Shown here: in pieces, positions 1 to 12,414 of the stretch
How positions within the stretch are numbered: the first letter of the stretch is position 1
Layout: the number at the start of each line of letters is the position of its first letter
Assembly: GCA_002633005.1 (NCBI GenBank)
Contig: NMRA01000345.1
Location: forward strand, 205,864 to 269,863
Length of the DNA stretch: 64,000 bases
Direction: 5' to 3'
Origin: Phoronis australis
Taxonomy: Eukaryota; Animalia; Phoronida
Notes under the pieces: generated by a model
Told to the model about the DNA's origin: nothing
Seen by the model: only the letters and a program-made list of their open reading frames with translations
The model's database searches: none
Position numbers and translations under genes: made by a program

Positions 1-252
1 TATCCGAGGCGGAAGCAGGTTTTGAACTCTGACAAGCAGCGCAAGATGAGGCATTAGGCTTGTTCCTGATCATACATGTGTCACATTCCCATGAGCCAGC
101 GTCGTGTTTCTGTACAAAGGGAGGTGGCAATGCAGTCTTGGCCGAGGCAGGAGCGGGCTTTGAACTCTGAAAAGCGGCACATGTAGGGGCATCTGGCTTG
201 TTGATGTCGGCAGGTGGCTTGCCAAATAGGAAGCCAGAGCTTTTGGTTTTGT
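1..252 (-). CDS. NUP153: Nup153 exon 13 (partial), first RanBP2-type zinc finger WECDTCMIRNKPNASSCAAC
   Basis: Acceptor ctttttcag|AC in phase 1; open to the window edge; W-x-C-x2-C-x3-N-x6-C-x2-C consensus. Confidence 0.93.
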
Positions 253-933
253 CTGAAAAAGAAGGTCTCGTAGCATGGAGTATGACCCACATCAAACACC
301 TGTTTACCTCAACTATGTACCCTCTACATTTAAGTCTCGCACAGCACAAATTAGGTCAAGCCAAAGTATCACTTGTAATTAAGAATGCTGACCCATCTAT
401 CGAAGAACCAAAACAAAGGGTTCCAGCAACTTCAAAACATAAACCATGAAAATGGCTTTCAAAGAGGGAGCTGCATGGGACTCTGACAACAGTCAGTTAT
501 AGGGGTTAAGCATTTTGAGAACCAGTTTTCTCCACTGAATAATGGGCATTAAACTGGTTCTCAAAATCCGGGACCCCAGCGATTATTACCAGGACTTTAA
601 TTGAAGGGCAGGTGTCACCAAAAAAGCTGCATACTTCTCTAATTCAAGAATGCTCATCTTTGCACTCTTGTTCAAGAACAGAAAAGTTTACAGCGACAGA
701 GTCTTTCCGAACTGTTTAACGCTCTGCAAAACAACTACCAGGTGTCACTGACAACAAAAATTTCATGTGACAAGGAAACGTGTATTTGACCAGGTCAATG
801 TCCCCTCATGGAGTCAAACGCGCGTCTACCTTTCAGGGATACGACCACCCTTATTAACATCGGCCACTCACACGTCTTGTCCTAATTTAGCATTCATGTC
901 CTTCACAACATCTGTTTGTGGAGAACTTCCAAC

Positions 934-1854
934 TCCCAAAACACATCCAATTTACCGTGACTGACTACATTTCACCGACGTCTTCTTGTTTGTTTCACGC
1001 AAGTGAAGACTTCAACAAAATTTCAAACACTCAGGCCCACCTTTACATCATCTCCCTAACAATTGCGGATCTAAATAAAAAAATGCCTTGGGCATTAACC
1101 GAGACAAATAGTCACATGTTAAGCTTACCTTCAACCTTATCCTGCATAACACAGTCAGCACTACTCTCTGCTTGTCCAGCTGTTCCTTTCTTCAGCACAT
1201 CCATAACACTCCCAGTCACCAGTTCTGCTGCCGGCTTCACTCCACCAAACCCGCCAGACACTGGTTTGCCAAGAATATCCATCACACTACCTGCCTTGAG
1301 CTCCACTGCAGGCTGTAGACCACCAGAGAACGTGGGAGACGGTTGAGTTTTAGGTTTAGCCTTAGCCTTCGCGAGCTTTGAAACGTCGACAGGNTCCCAA
1401 AACACATCCGATTTACCGTGACTGACTACATTTCACCGACGTCTTCTTGTTTGTTTCACGCATGTGAAGACTTCAACAAAATTTCAAACACTCAGGCCCA
1501 CCTTTACATCATCTCCCTAACAATTGCAGATCTAAATCAAAAAATGCCTTGGGCATTAACCGAGACAAATAGTCACATGTTAAGCTTACCTTCAACCTTA
1601 TCCTGCATAACACAGTCAGCACTACTCTCTGCTTGTCCAGCTGTTCCTTTCTTCAGCACATCCATAACACTCCCAGTCACCAGTTCTGCTGCCGGCTTCA
1701 CTCCACCAAACCCGCCAGACACTGGTTTGCCAAGAATATCCATCACACTACCTGCCTTGAGCTCCACTGCAGGCTGTAGACCACCAGAGAACGTGGGAGA
1801 CGGTTGAGTTTTAGGTTTAGCCTTAGCCTTCGCGAGCTTTGAAACGTCGACAGG
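934..1854. repeat. 460-bp tandem duplication split by a single N (probable haplotype/assembly overlap)
   Basis: 934-1393 and 1395-1854 are nearly identical (about 4 substitutions), with an N at 1394. Confidence 0.9.
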
Positions 1855-1872
1855 CGATGTGAACTTGAACTC
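1590..1872 (-). CDS. NUP153: Nup153 exon 12 (EFKFTSPV...ELKAGSVMDILG...ELVTGSVMDVLK...DKVE)
   Basis: Acceptor ccccag, donor G|GTAAGC; F.F..PV and LK.GSV.DIL motifs; phase 0 to 1. A truncated duplicate lies at 1129-1393. Confidence 0.9.
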
Positions 1873-1917
1873 CTGGGGAATGAGGGCAAGTGAAGCCACA
1901 AAATGAACAATCACATG

Positions 1918-2151
1918 AAAAACAATAATTGCAGGTGATCTGGTACACATTGTACCAGACGTGCGCAGGCCGCTCAGGTAGGCCCAATGCACTGATCACC
2001 TAGAACCATTTTCAAGCTTTACAAATGCATAGTTAAAACTGAGCCGACTAGCTGGACTCAAAGGTCTAGCAGTGTATCCTAGTGGGACTTGAACCCACAA
2101 CCTTGAGCAAAGGAAGCGTACACCTATCCCACTAGGCCACACGGACTCCCA
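1918..2151 (-). mobile_element. tRNA-derived SINE, copy B
   Basis: A-box TGGCCTAGTGG and B-box GGTTCAAGTCC on minus; homologous to 7368-7610; TSD aatcacatg at 1909-1917 and 2152-2160. Confidence 0.88.
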
Positions 2152-2901
2152 AATCACATGTGGTAAAATCTCATCGACTTAGGACTCCATAAGGCATGCA
2201 TGAGAACTTTTATTTTCTCATTTTTTCATACAAGATATGTAGCATCAAACCAACGCTTCACCGTGTTCAAGTTGTGTACCATGGCTACTATGAGAAACTA
2301 TTTAAAAAAAACGTGGTCGTTCACAACAATGTTGAAAAACCTTGAATTTAATATGAAAAAAGGTGATTTGGGAAATTATTTTGTCCGAAATTGGAGAAAA
2401 CTTTAATCATATTAAACCAAGGAGAATGCTCACAACAAGTGGAGATCTAAACTTTTCCTCCTAAAGACGATTTTGCTTCGAATTACTGAAACCCTACCAT
2501 CAAACTAATCGCTTTCCTATTACTAATTTCAATTGGAATGCCTTGTCCCCTACCATCAAACAATATTATAATTAGGTGTACTTTCAAACTCTAATTAAGG
2601 TCATTTCTCTTTCACGTAACCGACCATACAATGTGCAGGTGATTCGTAATACTTTAGTTGTAATCTGACAAAAATGTTCGAATATACTTAAACAAATAAG
2701 TTTGCAACAAAGTGACCATGCCCTGGCATTGAAAAACGGAGCTAGAGGAAAGTATTATCACCTACCTACCAACCTCCCTACCAGGGAGGTGAGGAAAGGG
2801 CGAGAGGTAACAAAAAACATTTAAGCTACATCTTTGTAAAGTAACGGTAGAGCGGGGAAAAGGCATCCTATGGATTCGTTACAGGTTCGTCCCCTCCATA
2901 C

Positions 2902-3159
2902 CTGATGGGAAGGGAGGTGTAAAGCAGCAGCTTCAGCTGACGTGTCTTTCTTAATGGGTGAAGAGAATAGAAAAGTCTCGCTCTTTGACGGGCTTGAATC
3001 CGGCTGCACCGTGTTCGTTGCCAACGAGGTGGTTGAAACAGAGGCAGCCTGCTTGTGGCCACTGTCTGGCTTCGTGGTCAGGAAGAGAGGGGTAAAATTG
3101 AACCCGGACATGGAGTTTATGGGCAGAGTAACCCCTGTTGGCAGGTCCGGGGCTTCCAC
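2902..3159 (-). CDS. NUP153: Nup153 exon 11 (VEAPDLPTGVTLPINSMSGFNF...FLFSSPIKK...PSHQ)
   Basis: P.LP..LPI...FNF and F.FSSPI motifs; acceptor tttgaag, donor CAG|GTATGG; phase 0 to 0. Confidence 0.9.
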
Positions 3160-3986
3160 CTTCAAACAGAGAAAGAATACGATAGAGTACAACACACCAC
3201 TCGGTACAATTTGTGGTAGCAACAGTATGAAGAATGGTCAGTTGCGATTACACCATACCGCCAACCATCAGAAATTACACTACCACAATTACATGGACAG
3301 TGAACAGAGATAACGGACAAAGAGCAGCTGACAGAACTACTTTTTGGTGAAACGATTAAAACAGGCTTAGGATGTCTTTGACATATTGCTTGCTTGCTTT
3401 ACGGTTACGCAGAGCCTTATTGAGAAGTTTCGCCTATTTAGCCAAATAACTACAAAACTATAGATAGTAACTCGATAAAACAATGTATTTTCTGAAAGTA
3501 AAAAGCCTTAGAATTTGATCTTTACCTTTTGCCGATTTGCTATTCATTGGGTCATGTGACCATGTGTTTTAAGTAAAATTTAGCAAAAAAAGGGACATTG
3601 CAGACAAAACAACTAAATATCAATAACATGATGAAATTTGACGACAATGTTCAAGATAAGATCACAAAAATGCTGTTACCGTTGTCTAAAACATCATTTC
3701 ATTTTCGTTTCATGAAAATCATCAGTCATATTTTGATAGCCCCTCATGCAGAAGTGGAGGAGTTCAAAAACAATTCCAAACAGTGTTGGGGACCAGTGCA
3801 TAAAGCACAGAACAGGAAAGTTACATACGAATATGATCAGCCATTTCTCTGATACGAAATTGGCCATATTAGACCATTTTCTAGGGTCCTTCATAATCTT
3901 AACCAATCTCATGGTGACCAAAATAATGAAGTTCATACATGTGTGAGAGATTTCAGCCTACATGGCTAAACCCAAACACTACACAC

Positions 3987-4068
3987 CATGTCTTCATCCT
4001 CCATTTTCCTAACAGAGTAGTGTTGCGTTTTCTCTCGTTTCATCTTACCACCTGATTTTGCAGTCACT
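3987..4068 (-). CDS. NUP153: Nup153 exon 10 (VTAKSGGKMKREKTQHYSVRKMEDEDM)
   Basis: GGKM(K/R)RE motif; acceptor tttcag, donor ATG|GTGTGT; phase 2 to 0. Confidence 0.88.
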
Positions 4069-4514
4069 CTGAAACAGCCACAAACAGGCAGTTAAAGCTG
4101 CATCTCCTCTCATGTACACAAAAAGCTAAAAAATAAAAAACTAGGTTACTTTCATATATAAAATGGGCATCCAGCGTTTCAAGTTGACTTGATTTCCTTT
4201 ACCATGAGGACAGACCACTGACAAGTCGAAAACCACTTCAGAAAATGAGCATATTTCCCTGAGCTGGCTGGCCCACAGTTTGAACATAGTGCTTCTGTTG
4301 ATGGTCTGAGTGTTATTACTAGGAACACAAATCTAATACATGACCAAAACAGATTGAGTTACCGTTATAACAGGATTCACACATACGATTACTTGTCAAA
4401 CTAATGAATAGGTTTGCCCTTGTTTATATAGAGTCCAAATGTACTAGTTGTCATATTTCTAAGACTGAAGAAATCATTATAAAACTGTAAGCTACCAACA
4501 GAAGTGAGCCTTAC

Positions 4515-4672
4515 CCAGCACTTGAGTTTCCTGAAGTTGCTTTGTCCGTATCTTGACCTCTGACCTTCAGCAAGGGAGACGAGTGTGTGGCGGGGGGTAG
4601 ATAGTGTCGACCCACTGACGCCGGCCTGGGAGTGGTCCGTCGAGACACGGGAGGACCACTGGCCACCATGGA
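4515..4672 (-). CDS. NUP153: Nup153 exon 9 (SMVASGPPVSRRTTPRPASV...GNSSAG)
   Basis: Acceptor tgtccag, donor GG|GTAAGG; PPV..L.TP-like motif; phase 0 to 2. Confidence 0.85.
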
Positions 4673-5552
4673 CTGGACAAATAACAAAGGGGAAACTGGA
4701 GTTAGTGCAAAGTAACGTGGCCGTGCTCTAGAAACTCGAACTTGGAAAAAATAAGTTTTGTAACGAGTAAAAAACACTGTTATCAAAACAAATCTAGTGC
4801 GTAAAACAACTTAACAAGACAAAGCGCAGACACATCCCGTCAACTACAAGTAATTATACAAAATACTGTATTAGGGCAGCAAAGCTCTCATGACGAAATG
4901 GCTTTGCTACCTTAACTTCAGGGTTTGGAAAGACCCATGACAAAACAACAAATAAATAGCCTGATGTAAAAGAAATTTTTTTGTGTAGTAAAATTTAACT
5001 GCAAGAATCGTTTTTTGCATGAATAAAGTCAAAGAGAAAAATAATAGGAAATTGAAACCAAAAAAGAGGAAATCCTCTTAAGAGAGGAAAATTCTAAGTC
5101 CTGTAACATTCCTGTCAATTCCCTTTATGTTCAGACATGAGAGAAGACTACAATTGTGACAATGAATTTGGCTTCCTCCTAGTTGTCACGGCAGGAAATT
5201 CCAGGTCATTATATCCGAGTAATTTCGCCTTGTTCCTTGTAAACATTTGAACACTAGTAAAAGCTTAAGGTGGCTTTGCTATGACATGTAATGAAGGGAA
5301 GACGAAATCAGCCTGATCGATGTGGTAACATATTGATGCAACTGCAGAACTTATTGCTAAATAAGAACAGTATGCAAGGTCACCTAAATGTGCGTTGCAT
5401 TTGAAAATTCACTAGCGTATGGTGCTAACAATGAAGTGTATGCATGCCACAATCACTTTTTAGCATAAAAACACTGTGCAATACATGCTATGCTTACATA
5501 CAGTTGTATGGGCACTTATACTGAACAAAATCAGAGCTAAATCCAAGCCTAC

Positions 5553-5615
5553 CTCTGACGGCGTTCGTGATGCAGACTGTCTCAGATAGGCAGGCCTTCT
5601 GTTGTAACTAGATGG
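5553..5615 (-). CDS. NUP153: Nup153 exon 8 (PSSYNRRPAYLRQSASRTPSE)
   Basis: Acceptor tttcag, donor GAG|GTAGGC; 63 nt, phase 0 to 0, open and GC-richer than its flanks; weak homology support. Confidence 0.72.
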
Positions 5616-6440
5616 CTGAAATGAACCACACAAAAATTAGCATATTCAGGCCATGACAGCCGACTAATAAGCCTTTTCAGCTGGGTTTTATTTTAAATTT
5701 TACCAAATTTATGATCCTCTATTCATCTTGGACCTATACATCACTGCCTGTACATATATACTTTGACTCTATTGTCAAAAAATCACAGTAAAAACGTAGG
5801 TTGTATATTGACGTGGTCACCAATACGTAGAAAAATCCCCAATGATCTTAATAAGCTCTCATTTATCAGGATTTCAAAATGCCTATGAGTGTAACAATAT
5901 TTTTGAAGAGAAATAAATGCTCAATTTTGTAAACCCATGCACAGTGATTTCAGGAACTAAAAGTATATAGAATATGAGTAACTCCGTAAGAGTTGGCAAC
6001 ACTGCTCTCAGTAGTTGGCAGTACTACCGCTCTATCGATACCAACTTTGAGATTTTTACGGACATACTTGGGCCCCGCCACATTTGTGGCTGGAAAAGGC
6101 TAAGAAACAATACTCCCAACACATTTCAGATTTAACATCCTGTACCCCTACAGGGACTAGTTTCATTAAAATGTTGAAATTTCACATCGTCTTTAAACAG
6201 AGTACAAACGGAGACTGATGCCAAAACTGGTGAAAAATAAGTTACATTTTAGTGAAACAGGACATTAGACTTAAAGTAAACAGAACATTAGATATGAAGA
6301 CAAAAGATCAAGTCCATGGTTCTTTTTTTCAGTACTTGTTTCTATATTGCATGCATTTTTCTATGCTGTCAGTCATAAAGCAATAGATTTTCAAGTCTTT
6401 AAGTCTGCTAGAACCCGAATCCGAAGTTTTATATACTCAC

Positions 6441-6500
6441 GGTGAATTGCAAAACTGAATCTTCTAGGCTCGACTGATTTGAAGGAATCTTCCTAGCATC
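6441..6500 (-). CDS. NUP153: Nup153 exon 7 (DARKIPSNQSSLEDSVLQFT)
   Basis: Completes the PLADA.(R/K)IP motif; acceptor caacag, donor ACC|GTGAGT. Confidence 0.9.
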
Positions 6501-6698
6501 CTGTTGTGATACAAAATAAAACACATAACATATACAATTATTATCTAACATATTCAACCAACCAACCAACCAACCAACAACTCTATCACATTCAGAGAAG
6601 ATATCTCACAAAGAAACAACGAACTTCACTTCACAAAACTATCAGATCCAGCAGACAGTTCGGCAAATTTATGCACCGTAGAGCGTAACACCGCGTAC

Positions 6699-6824
6699 CG
6701 CGAGAGGAGTAGCCATTTTCTCCAACGTTTCGAGAATTCTCTTTGCGGTGGAGCTAGTGGTGGCCGAAGACTCGGAGGAAGTGGTCAGCTGCTTCACCTT
6801 TACCTGTCGTCGGGCAGGTGACGA
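6699..6824 (-). CDS. NUP153: Nup153 exon 6 (SSPARRQVKVK...SSTAKRILETLEKMATPLA)
   Basis: Conserved S.TA.RIL..LEKM..PL motif; acceptor tttcag, donor GCG|GTACGC; phase 0 to 0. Confidence 0.93.
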
Positions 6825-7028
6825 CTGAAAGAGAACGGTGTGGGTGAATGAAAGTCACATGGATCAAACAGGCAGTCATAGCACATTAACAATACGAGAC
6901 ACTATGACGTAAGTTAAATCAACTGATGCCAATGACATTTCTCGTGCTCAGTCCAGTTGAATCCAACTCCTGCGAGTTTTACTGTAGTGTATGACGACCA
7001 TGCAGAATGTGAGCCAATCAATACAAAC

Positions 7029-7151
7029 CTGATAGGGGGCAGCAGCACCGAGCCTAGACCTTCTGAGAGAGGATGCCCCTCCATAGGTTGTCTTCCCGGG
7101 GTAGAAAGGAGACTGCTTGTAGTCTGATCCTACCTGAGACGACCGATCCAC
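7029..7151 (-). CDS. NUP153: Nup153 exon 5 (VDRSSQ...SPFYPGKTTYGGASSLRRSRLGAAAPYQ)
   Basis: Highly conserved SPFYPGKTTYGGA motif; acceptor tttcag, donor CAG|GTTTGT; phase 0 to 0. Confidence 0.95.
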
Positions 7152-7367
7152 CTGAAAAATAGGGTTTACGGGTTTAATTGGAGGTTACCACAATATGAAA
7201 CATACGCGATTCCCTGAAAAAATCCTTTTGCACTTGAATTCACAGCTACGTTAAGTGGTGAGTTTTGGAAAGGATTAGACGGGTGAAAAATAGCACCGTA
7301 TTGGTATTTCAATTGACCGACAACCATGACACTCACAAATGATTAGGGTAAGCCAATGACGACTTGT

Positions 7368-7610
7368 ACAGAGGACGCAGTGTGGCCTGGTTGATAAGTG
7401 CCCGCTTTCTTTACTCGAGGTCGTGGGTTCGAGTCCCACTAGGTCACACTGCTAAACCCTTGAGCCAGGTTTCTAGCTCCTCAGCTCGGTTTTAACGATA
7501 TATTAATAAAGCATAAAAATATTTCCAGGTGATCAGTGCAATGGGCCCACATGCGAGGCCTGCGCACGTCTGGTACAACGTGTATCAGACCGCCTGCAAT
7601 TATTTTTTTT
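7368..7610 (+). mobile_element. tRNA-derived SINE, copy A
   Basis: A-box TGGCCTGGTTG, B-box GGTTCGAGTCC, T-rich tail; 13-bp TSD aatgacgacttgt at 7355-7367 and 7611-7623. Confidence 0.9.
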
Positions 7611-7942
7611 AATGACGACTTGTCATCAAAAAAGTGAAACACAAATATGGTACAGTGAAATTTCACCAATTTCAGACAAAATCAGTCAAAATTGAACTTT
7701 GTCCTTTTTTCAGTTGCTTCTAACACCGTTGTGAATGTCCGTAATTTTTTCAACATACTGTTTGTTGATTAGTATGGGACAGAACTTGAATAAGGCACAG
7801 CATCAGAATTGGCATTGTGCCCAATTTATAAAAAACGTGAAAATAAAATTCCACTGCTACTAAACTGGCGAGACTTTACCATATTAGACGACTGCTGCGT
7901 ATTTCCATGGTAATGTCAATTTCGGTTATAATTTGAACTTAC

Positions 7943-8076
7943 AATACTCGACGTGGCAAATGATGACACAGTGAATGACGGCCTGTTCGAGAAGGAGACC
8001 TCCTGCTGCGGATGACGCGATGACTCATCACTCCACAAGGTTCGCGACTTGTCCAACAACTGGGAAGAGTTGGAGA
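7943..8076 (-). CDS. NUP153: Nup153 exon 4 (VSNSSQLLDKSRTLWSDE...RPSFTVSSFATSSI)
   Basis: Acceptor tttcag, donor ATT|GTAAGT; LWS.E...P.F..S.F motif; phase 1 to 0. Confidence 0.88.
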
Positions 8077-8522
8077 CTGAAAACAAAAGAGCAAAACACA
8101 AACTTGTAATTACTGTACAAAATGGTCAGAAACAGTTTTGGAATGGGACAAATTTCGATTAACGCCTCCTGCGGTTGATTTAACCATCGTCAAAAATAGA
8201 ATCGATAGTTGAAATTGAGGCATGAAGTGATGCAACACATTTTGAAAGGACACAACATTAATTTTTGACAGAATAGACTTAGAGGAAACTTAAGTCAGTC
8301 AGTATTGATGGCAATGCAGTTGAAGGGGAGTGCTGAGCCTTAAAATCTGAGCATTGTGAATCAAACTTAAAACAAAATGGCTCAACGTTAGAGACAAAAT
8401 TCATGAGTGCGGCCACATAAAACGGCAGCGTGACGGACACGCATCTCGTGAAAGCACTTTGTTCCATGCACAAAGACGCACATTCACAGAATCCCCTATA
8501 AGTAAGTCTCTCCCACTCTCAC

Positions 8523-8717
8523 CACTACCTTTAGACATGTTCCTCGCACCCCTCTCCTCGTCTGGTTCCAGGGGAGTCAACTCCTTGTTCAGCTGTTCCA
8601 ACTTCCTGTCGTCCAGCTTCAATATTTCCTTCTGGTAGTCTCTCTTGTCCGCCTGTGGTGCCATCGACGAAACAACACTATTGGACACGTCACTGGACTC
8701 TGACACGTTGTCATCAC
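8523..8717 (-). CDS. NUP153: Nup153 exon 3 (GDDNVSESSDVSNS...RNMSKGS)
   Basis: Acceptor ttgcag|GT, donor G|GTGAGA (a second in-frame donor is possible at 8529); phase 1 to 1; DDN.S..S motif. Confidence 0.85.
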
Positions 8718-8868
8718 CTGCAAATGACGACTCACCATAAATCTTGGCAGTGGAGAGCCAGGATATTCAAACAGCTTTACCTTTGAAAACAGGTGTTTTG
8801 GAGTGGAATCCTTCACTCCGTTTTCTCAACATGACAGGTCAGTGTCCTTAATTACATGCGATAAATCC

Positions 8869-9377
8869 CAGGGCTTGGAATGACCAATGACAGAAAACGC
8901 GGAAACTTTTACGACCCAAAACATGCGCGCTACCCAGCCTTGAAATAGTCGATGTGAACCTTTCGCCGACAAAAAATCGGTAGGACTAAAAAAAAACGTT
9001 ACCACCATCAGTAGCACGCGTCTGCGTCTTTTTATCTCGTCCATCCACTCCTCCACTCCCACCCCCACACATTTTTGGCTGCAGAGCCGTAGTATTTGTC
9101 ACCGCTATTTACAATCACACGAGACGCCATTCAAAATCCCACCACGCTATCCCAGATGCCCCGGCAATGTTGACAATTTACGTTCCTCCGAAACATAAAG
9201 AGCAACTTCCGCTTTTCGAGGTGAACGTCGTCGGCAATGCCGCGGTAAGAAAGGAATTTGCCGCGGAAATTTTATATCAAATCCGATTTTTTTTAACGCG
9301 GAAATATAATAAAATGCGCGGACAGAACATTTGAAAAAAGTGGAAATCCGCGTTTCCGCGGAAAATTCCAAGCCCTG
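8869..9377. mobile_element. hAT-like MITE (TIR CAGGGCTTGGAA)
   Basis: 12-bp perfect TIRs; direct repeat aaatcc on both flanks; subterminal CGCGGAAA repeats. Confidence 0.75.
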
Positions 9378-10065
9378 AAATCCACAAACTGAATTGAGCT
9401 CATTGATTGCTTTAACAGAAATAATTTACCACCGATGAATTGCCTTATTCCCATTTGAAATGAGCGATTTCAGCTAGACCTAAATTAGCATTGCATGGGA
9501 CTTCAAAGTGTGCCTGTGGGTGTGCATTCTGCATTGCTTTGGTTTTGTGGAAATATTTAAGTTTTGAAATAAGGTAAGGTAACTATTTTACCTATGTGCT
9601 ATAGCACTGCCAACAATAGACTTCTTAAGTTATTATTTTTAATGTATTTAATCGTCTCAAACTTACTTTTGAGTGAAGCTTATGAAATTAAAACTTCGCC
9701 TTTACTGTCAAAACTGAGTTTGTTACAAAAAAAATTGAAAATCAATGCACAGACATATTCTCTTCCAAAATACTTTATGTTAGGTTAACATAATTCTGCA
9801 AATACTAAGTCACTATCTTGTATCCTTAAACCCATAAATGTGTAAGTACGAAACATGTTATTTGAAAAACTTTTGGGTGCAATAACTCCAAAAAACCACC
9901 AATGTTTCTCAATTTTCCCGCATTTTGAGCACCAGTTTTCTCCACAGAACAAATGATTCTTGAAAACCGGGTCCCTAATTAGTGACTACCGCCCATCACG
10001 GTACCAAATTAGTGTTTAGAACTTATTCGGTCACTTTGTACTTCTCAGAACAAAAATGGACTCAC

Positions 10066-10468
10066 CATTTTCAATAGGAGTTGCCCGACCGCTAGTCTTA
10101 GCAAAAGTGAACGGCAGCGGAGTCTGATTGACAGGTGCCATGTCATCAACGTCTGGTGCTACATATCGATTGGTCTTCATCAAGGGTTTACCAAACACCG
10201 TCTTGGGTGGAGTCACTAGTCTGCTCGTCTCACTGAAGTTGGGCTTGGAAAGGGGGACCATAGGTGTGGAGGTGGTAGCTTGCACATGACTGGGCGCCTG
10301 AGGTAGGGTGGCTAAGAATGATTCGCCGACTCCTTCCGACTGTCGCGAGGAACCCACTCCGGGGCCGTCAAATGACTGAGGATTCTTTTTCACACTGGAC
10401 ACAATGTCAATCAACCATGATGGTGAAAGCACTTCTTTCACAGAATCCTTAATGCGATTCAGAAGAGA
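10066..10468 (-). CDS. NUP153: Nup153 exon 2 (SLLNRIKDSVKEVLSPSWLIDIV...ATPIEN), includes the N-terminal amphipathic-helix-like segment
   Basis: Acceptor tttcag|TCT, donor G|GTGAGT; lies inside ORF 10031..10534; phase 0 to 1. Confidence 0.92.
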
Positions 10469-12414
10469 CTGAAATGACAAAGGTAAACTATAAAATACTG
10501 GGTAAAAAGGAATATAGAAAACATTGATGTTCAAAGTATTTCAAGTGTAATTAACAAGTGAAGTCACCGGCTTCGATTCCAGTGAGTGTCTGGCAGATAA
10601 CGGCGAAAATTGGTGATTTGCATAAATAAAGTCATAAAAACACATTTATGTTGCTTTAGATCTGGTCAAAGTTTATAGCTTGAAGACGTCTATCCTATAC
10701 ATCAATAATCATAAAAATGCATTTTCCGGATATAAAATCGATAATGTCTCTTTGAAAAACACAAACTTTGAGCTGGGAGACTTGTTTTCTAACTCAGTCA
10801 CCCAGCTGACGACTGGGCTTTTGAGGCCTAGGTACATCTCTGTAAATACAAACAGGAACAGAAAGTAGAAAATAACTAAAGTGACATCATAGAGGGAATT
10901 CTATTGCCAACCAAAAATCTAGCTTCAATGAACGCAATCAGTTTCCACCAGCCCTTTTTCTAAGCGCTAAATCATCCCACTCAACAACTTCCTGTTAGCA
11001 AACACGCGTATTATCTAGAAAACAATTTATATATACAGCAACGACTGTGATCTCCATACTTTTTGCAAATTCTAAGCTGCATAGCATAAACGCAAAATTT
11101 GCTCACAAAAAAGCTTGTGTGATCACTGAACATTTCTAGTAAAGCATGACATATGGTGTAAAATCCACCTGCTGATCGAGTGAAATTCTGGAATTTTTAA
11201 TTTTACCTGGGATGCATTCTGGCGCAAGTCTACGGAAAATCATGCAAATCTTTATGAGATCAGTGCTCGACGCCTAACTCATCACCAAGTCGCATTTGGT
11301 GACCTGGCAAAAATCTCAAGTCGCTAAAATTGAAAATCCAGCAGACCAAATGAGCACGAGGGCTGTCGATCTGGCGTAAAAATCGCTGCCTAACGAAAGC
11401 CGAACAGTTTTAAGAGAGGTCCATTTTCTAGCGCATACGTCCGTACATGCATACATCCCACATTCATTCGACTTACGAACTTTGTTCGCAGATGACTGCA
11501 TGGACTGGAACTTCAATGATCTTGCCCGATTTTTGCTGAGCAGTTCCAACTTCCTGTTATAAATTGGGCGCGTTTCATGTGTGTAGACTAATGTGGTGCC
11601 AAATGCATTGATTTCACAAAACAAAAGGAACAAGTTTGAATCAAAAGAAATGAATCGAGAAAAACTGTTAATTTAAAGTTTGGAAGTCAACATGATCTTT
11701 GAAATGAATTTATAGGGAATTATTGTCTGGCTCTGATACTCGCAGTGGTCGCATTGGCAACCCACAAGTGGTCGCATTGGCAACCCGCAGTGGTCGGATT
11801 GGCAACTCACAGGTCACCAAATCGAGCATTGGAGATATTGCCAGCCCTGCAGCCCTCGAGAAGTCTCATTTTTCCACCGTCACTGGCAACACCAAATGTA
11901 GAAATGGCGATAAGAAATTCCAGTGTCGCAAAATGGTGATAACAATGTCTATTAACAACAGATTTTCCCAACAATGGTTCTTTCATGAGTAAGGTGACAA
12001 AATTGTACCATGCTGTCCGGCAAATTCGACTGTACAGGGCGCAGAAAATCAGTGACCAAATTGGATTGCAGCTCAACTAATAATTGTCATGCGGCTCTGT
12101 ATAACTGCTCGTGTGCAAGCTGTGAAATTTTGAGTCAGAGTGCAGGTTACTATTTAAAATTCTAATTCAGATGTTTTTTGTGTATGGGATGTTTATGCTT
12201 GAGCCTCTGCGACTCGACCAGTTGTTAAAAGGTTTAAGTGCGGCTATCTTATCTCAACTGCCCAGCGTTGCTCACTGTACCCATTGCGTGAAACATCCCA
12301 GCCACCTAGCTGTATATAGACTATTGTCAAAGTACAGATAGGTACCACTGTGAGTTGAGCTACGAGGACTTGGAATGACCAATGACAAAAACAGTAAAAT
12401 TTTCAAGGTGATGC

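Noticed and set aside
918-1807. Plus-strand ORFs 918..1346 and 1418..1807
   Set aside because: Antisense shadows of Nup153 exon 12 and its artefactual duplicate.
4673-4786. 5' extension of Nup153 exon 9 suggested by ORF 4511..4786
   Set aside because: The upstream AG at 4741 gives a stop in phase 0; the acceptor at 4673-4675 fits.
7371-7445. tRNA gene
   Set aside because: A/B boxes are present, but the sequence continues into a shared body and tail flanked by a TSD and lacks a sound cloverleaf; it is a SINE head.
11741-11812. Three ~22-bp repeats (AGTGGTCGCATTGGCAACC) as a CRISPR array
   Set aside because: No unique spacers, eukaryotic intron, no cas genes; this is a minisatellite or TE subterminal repeat.
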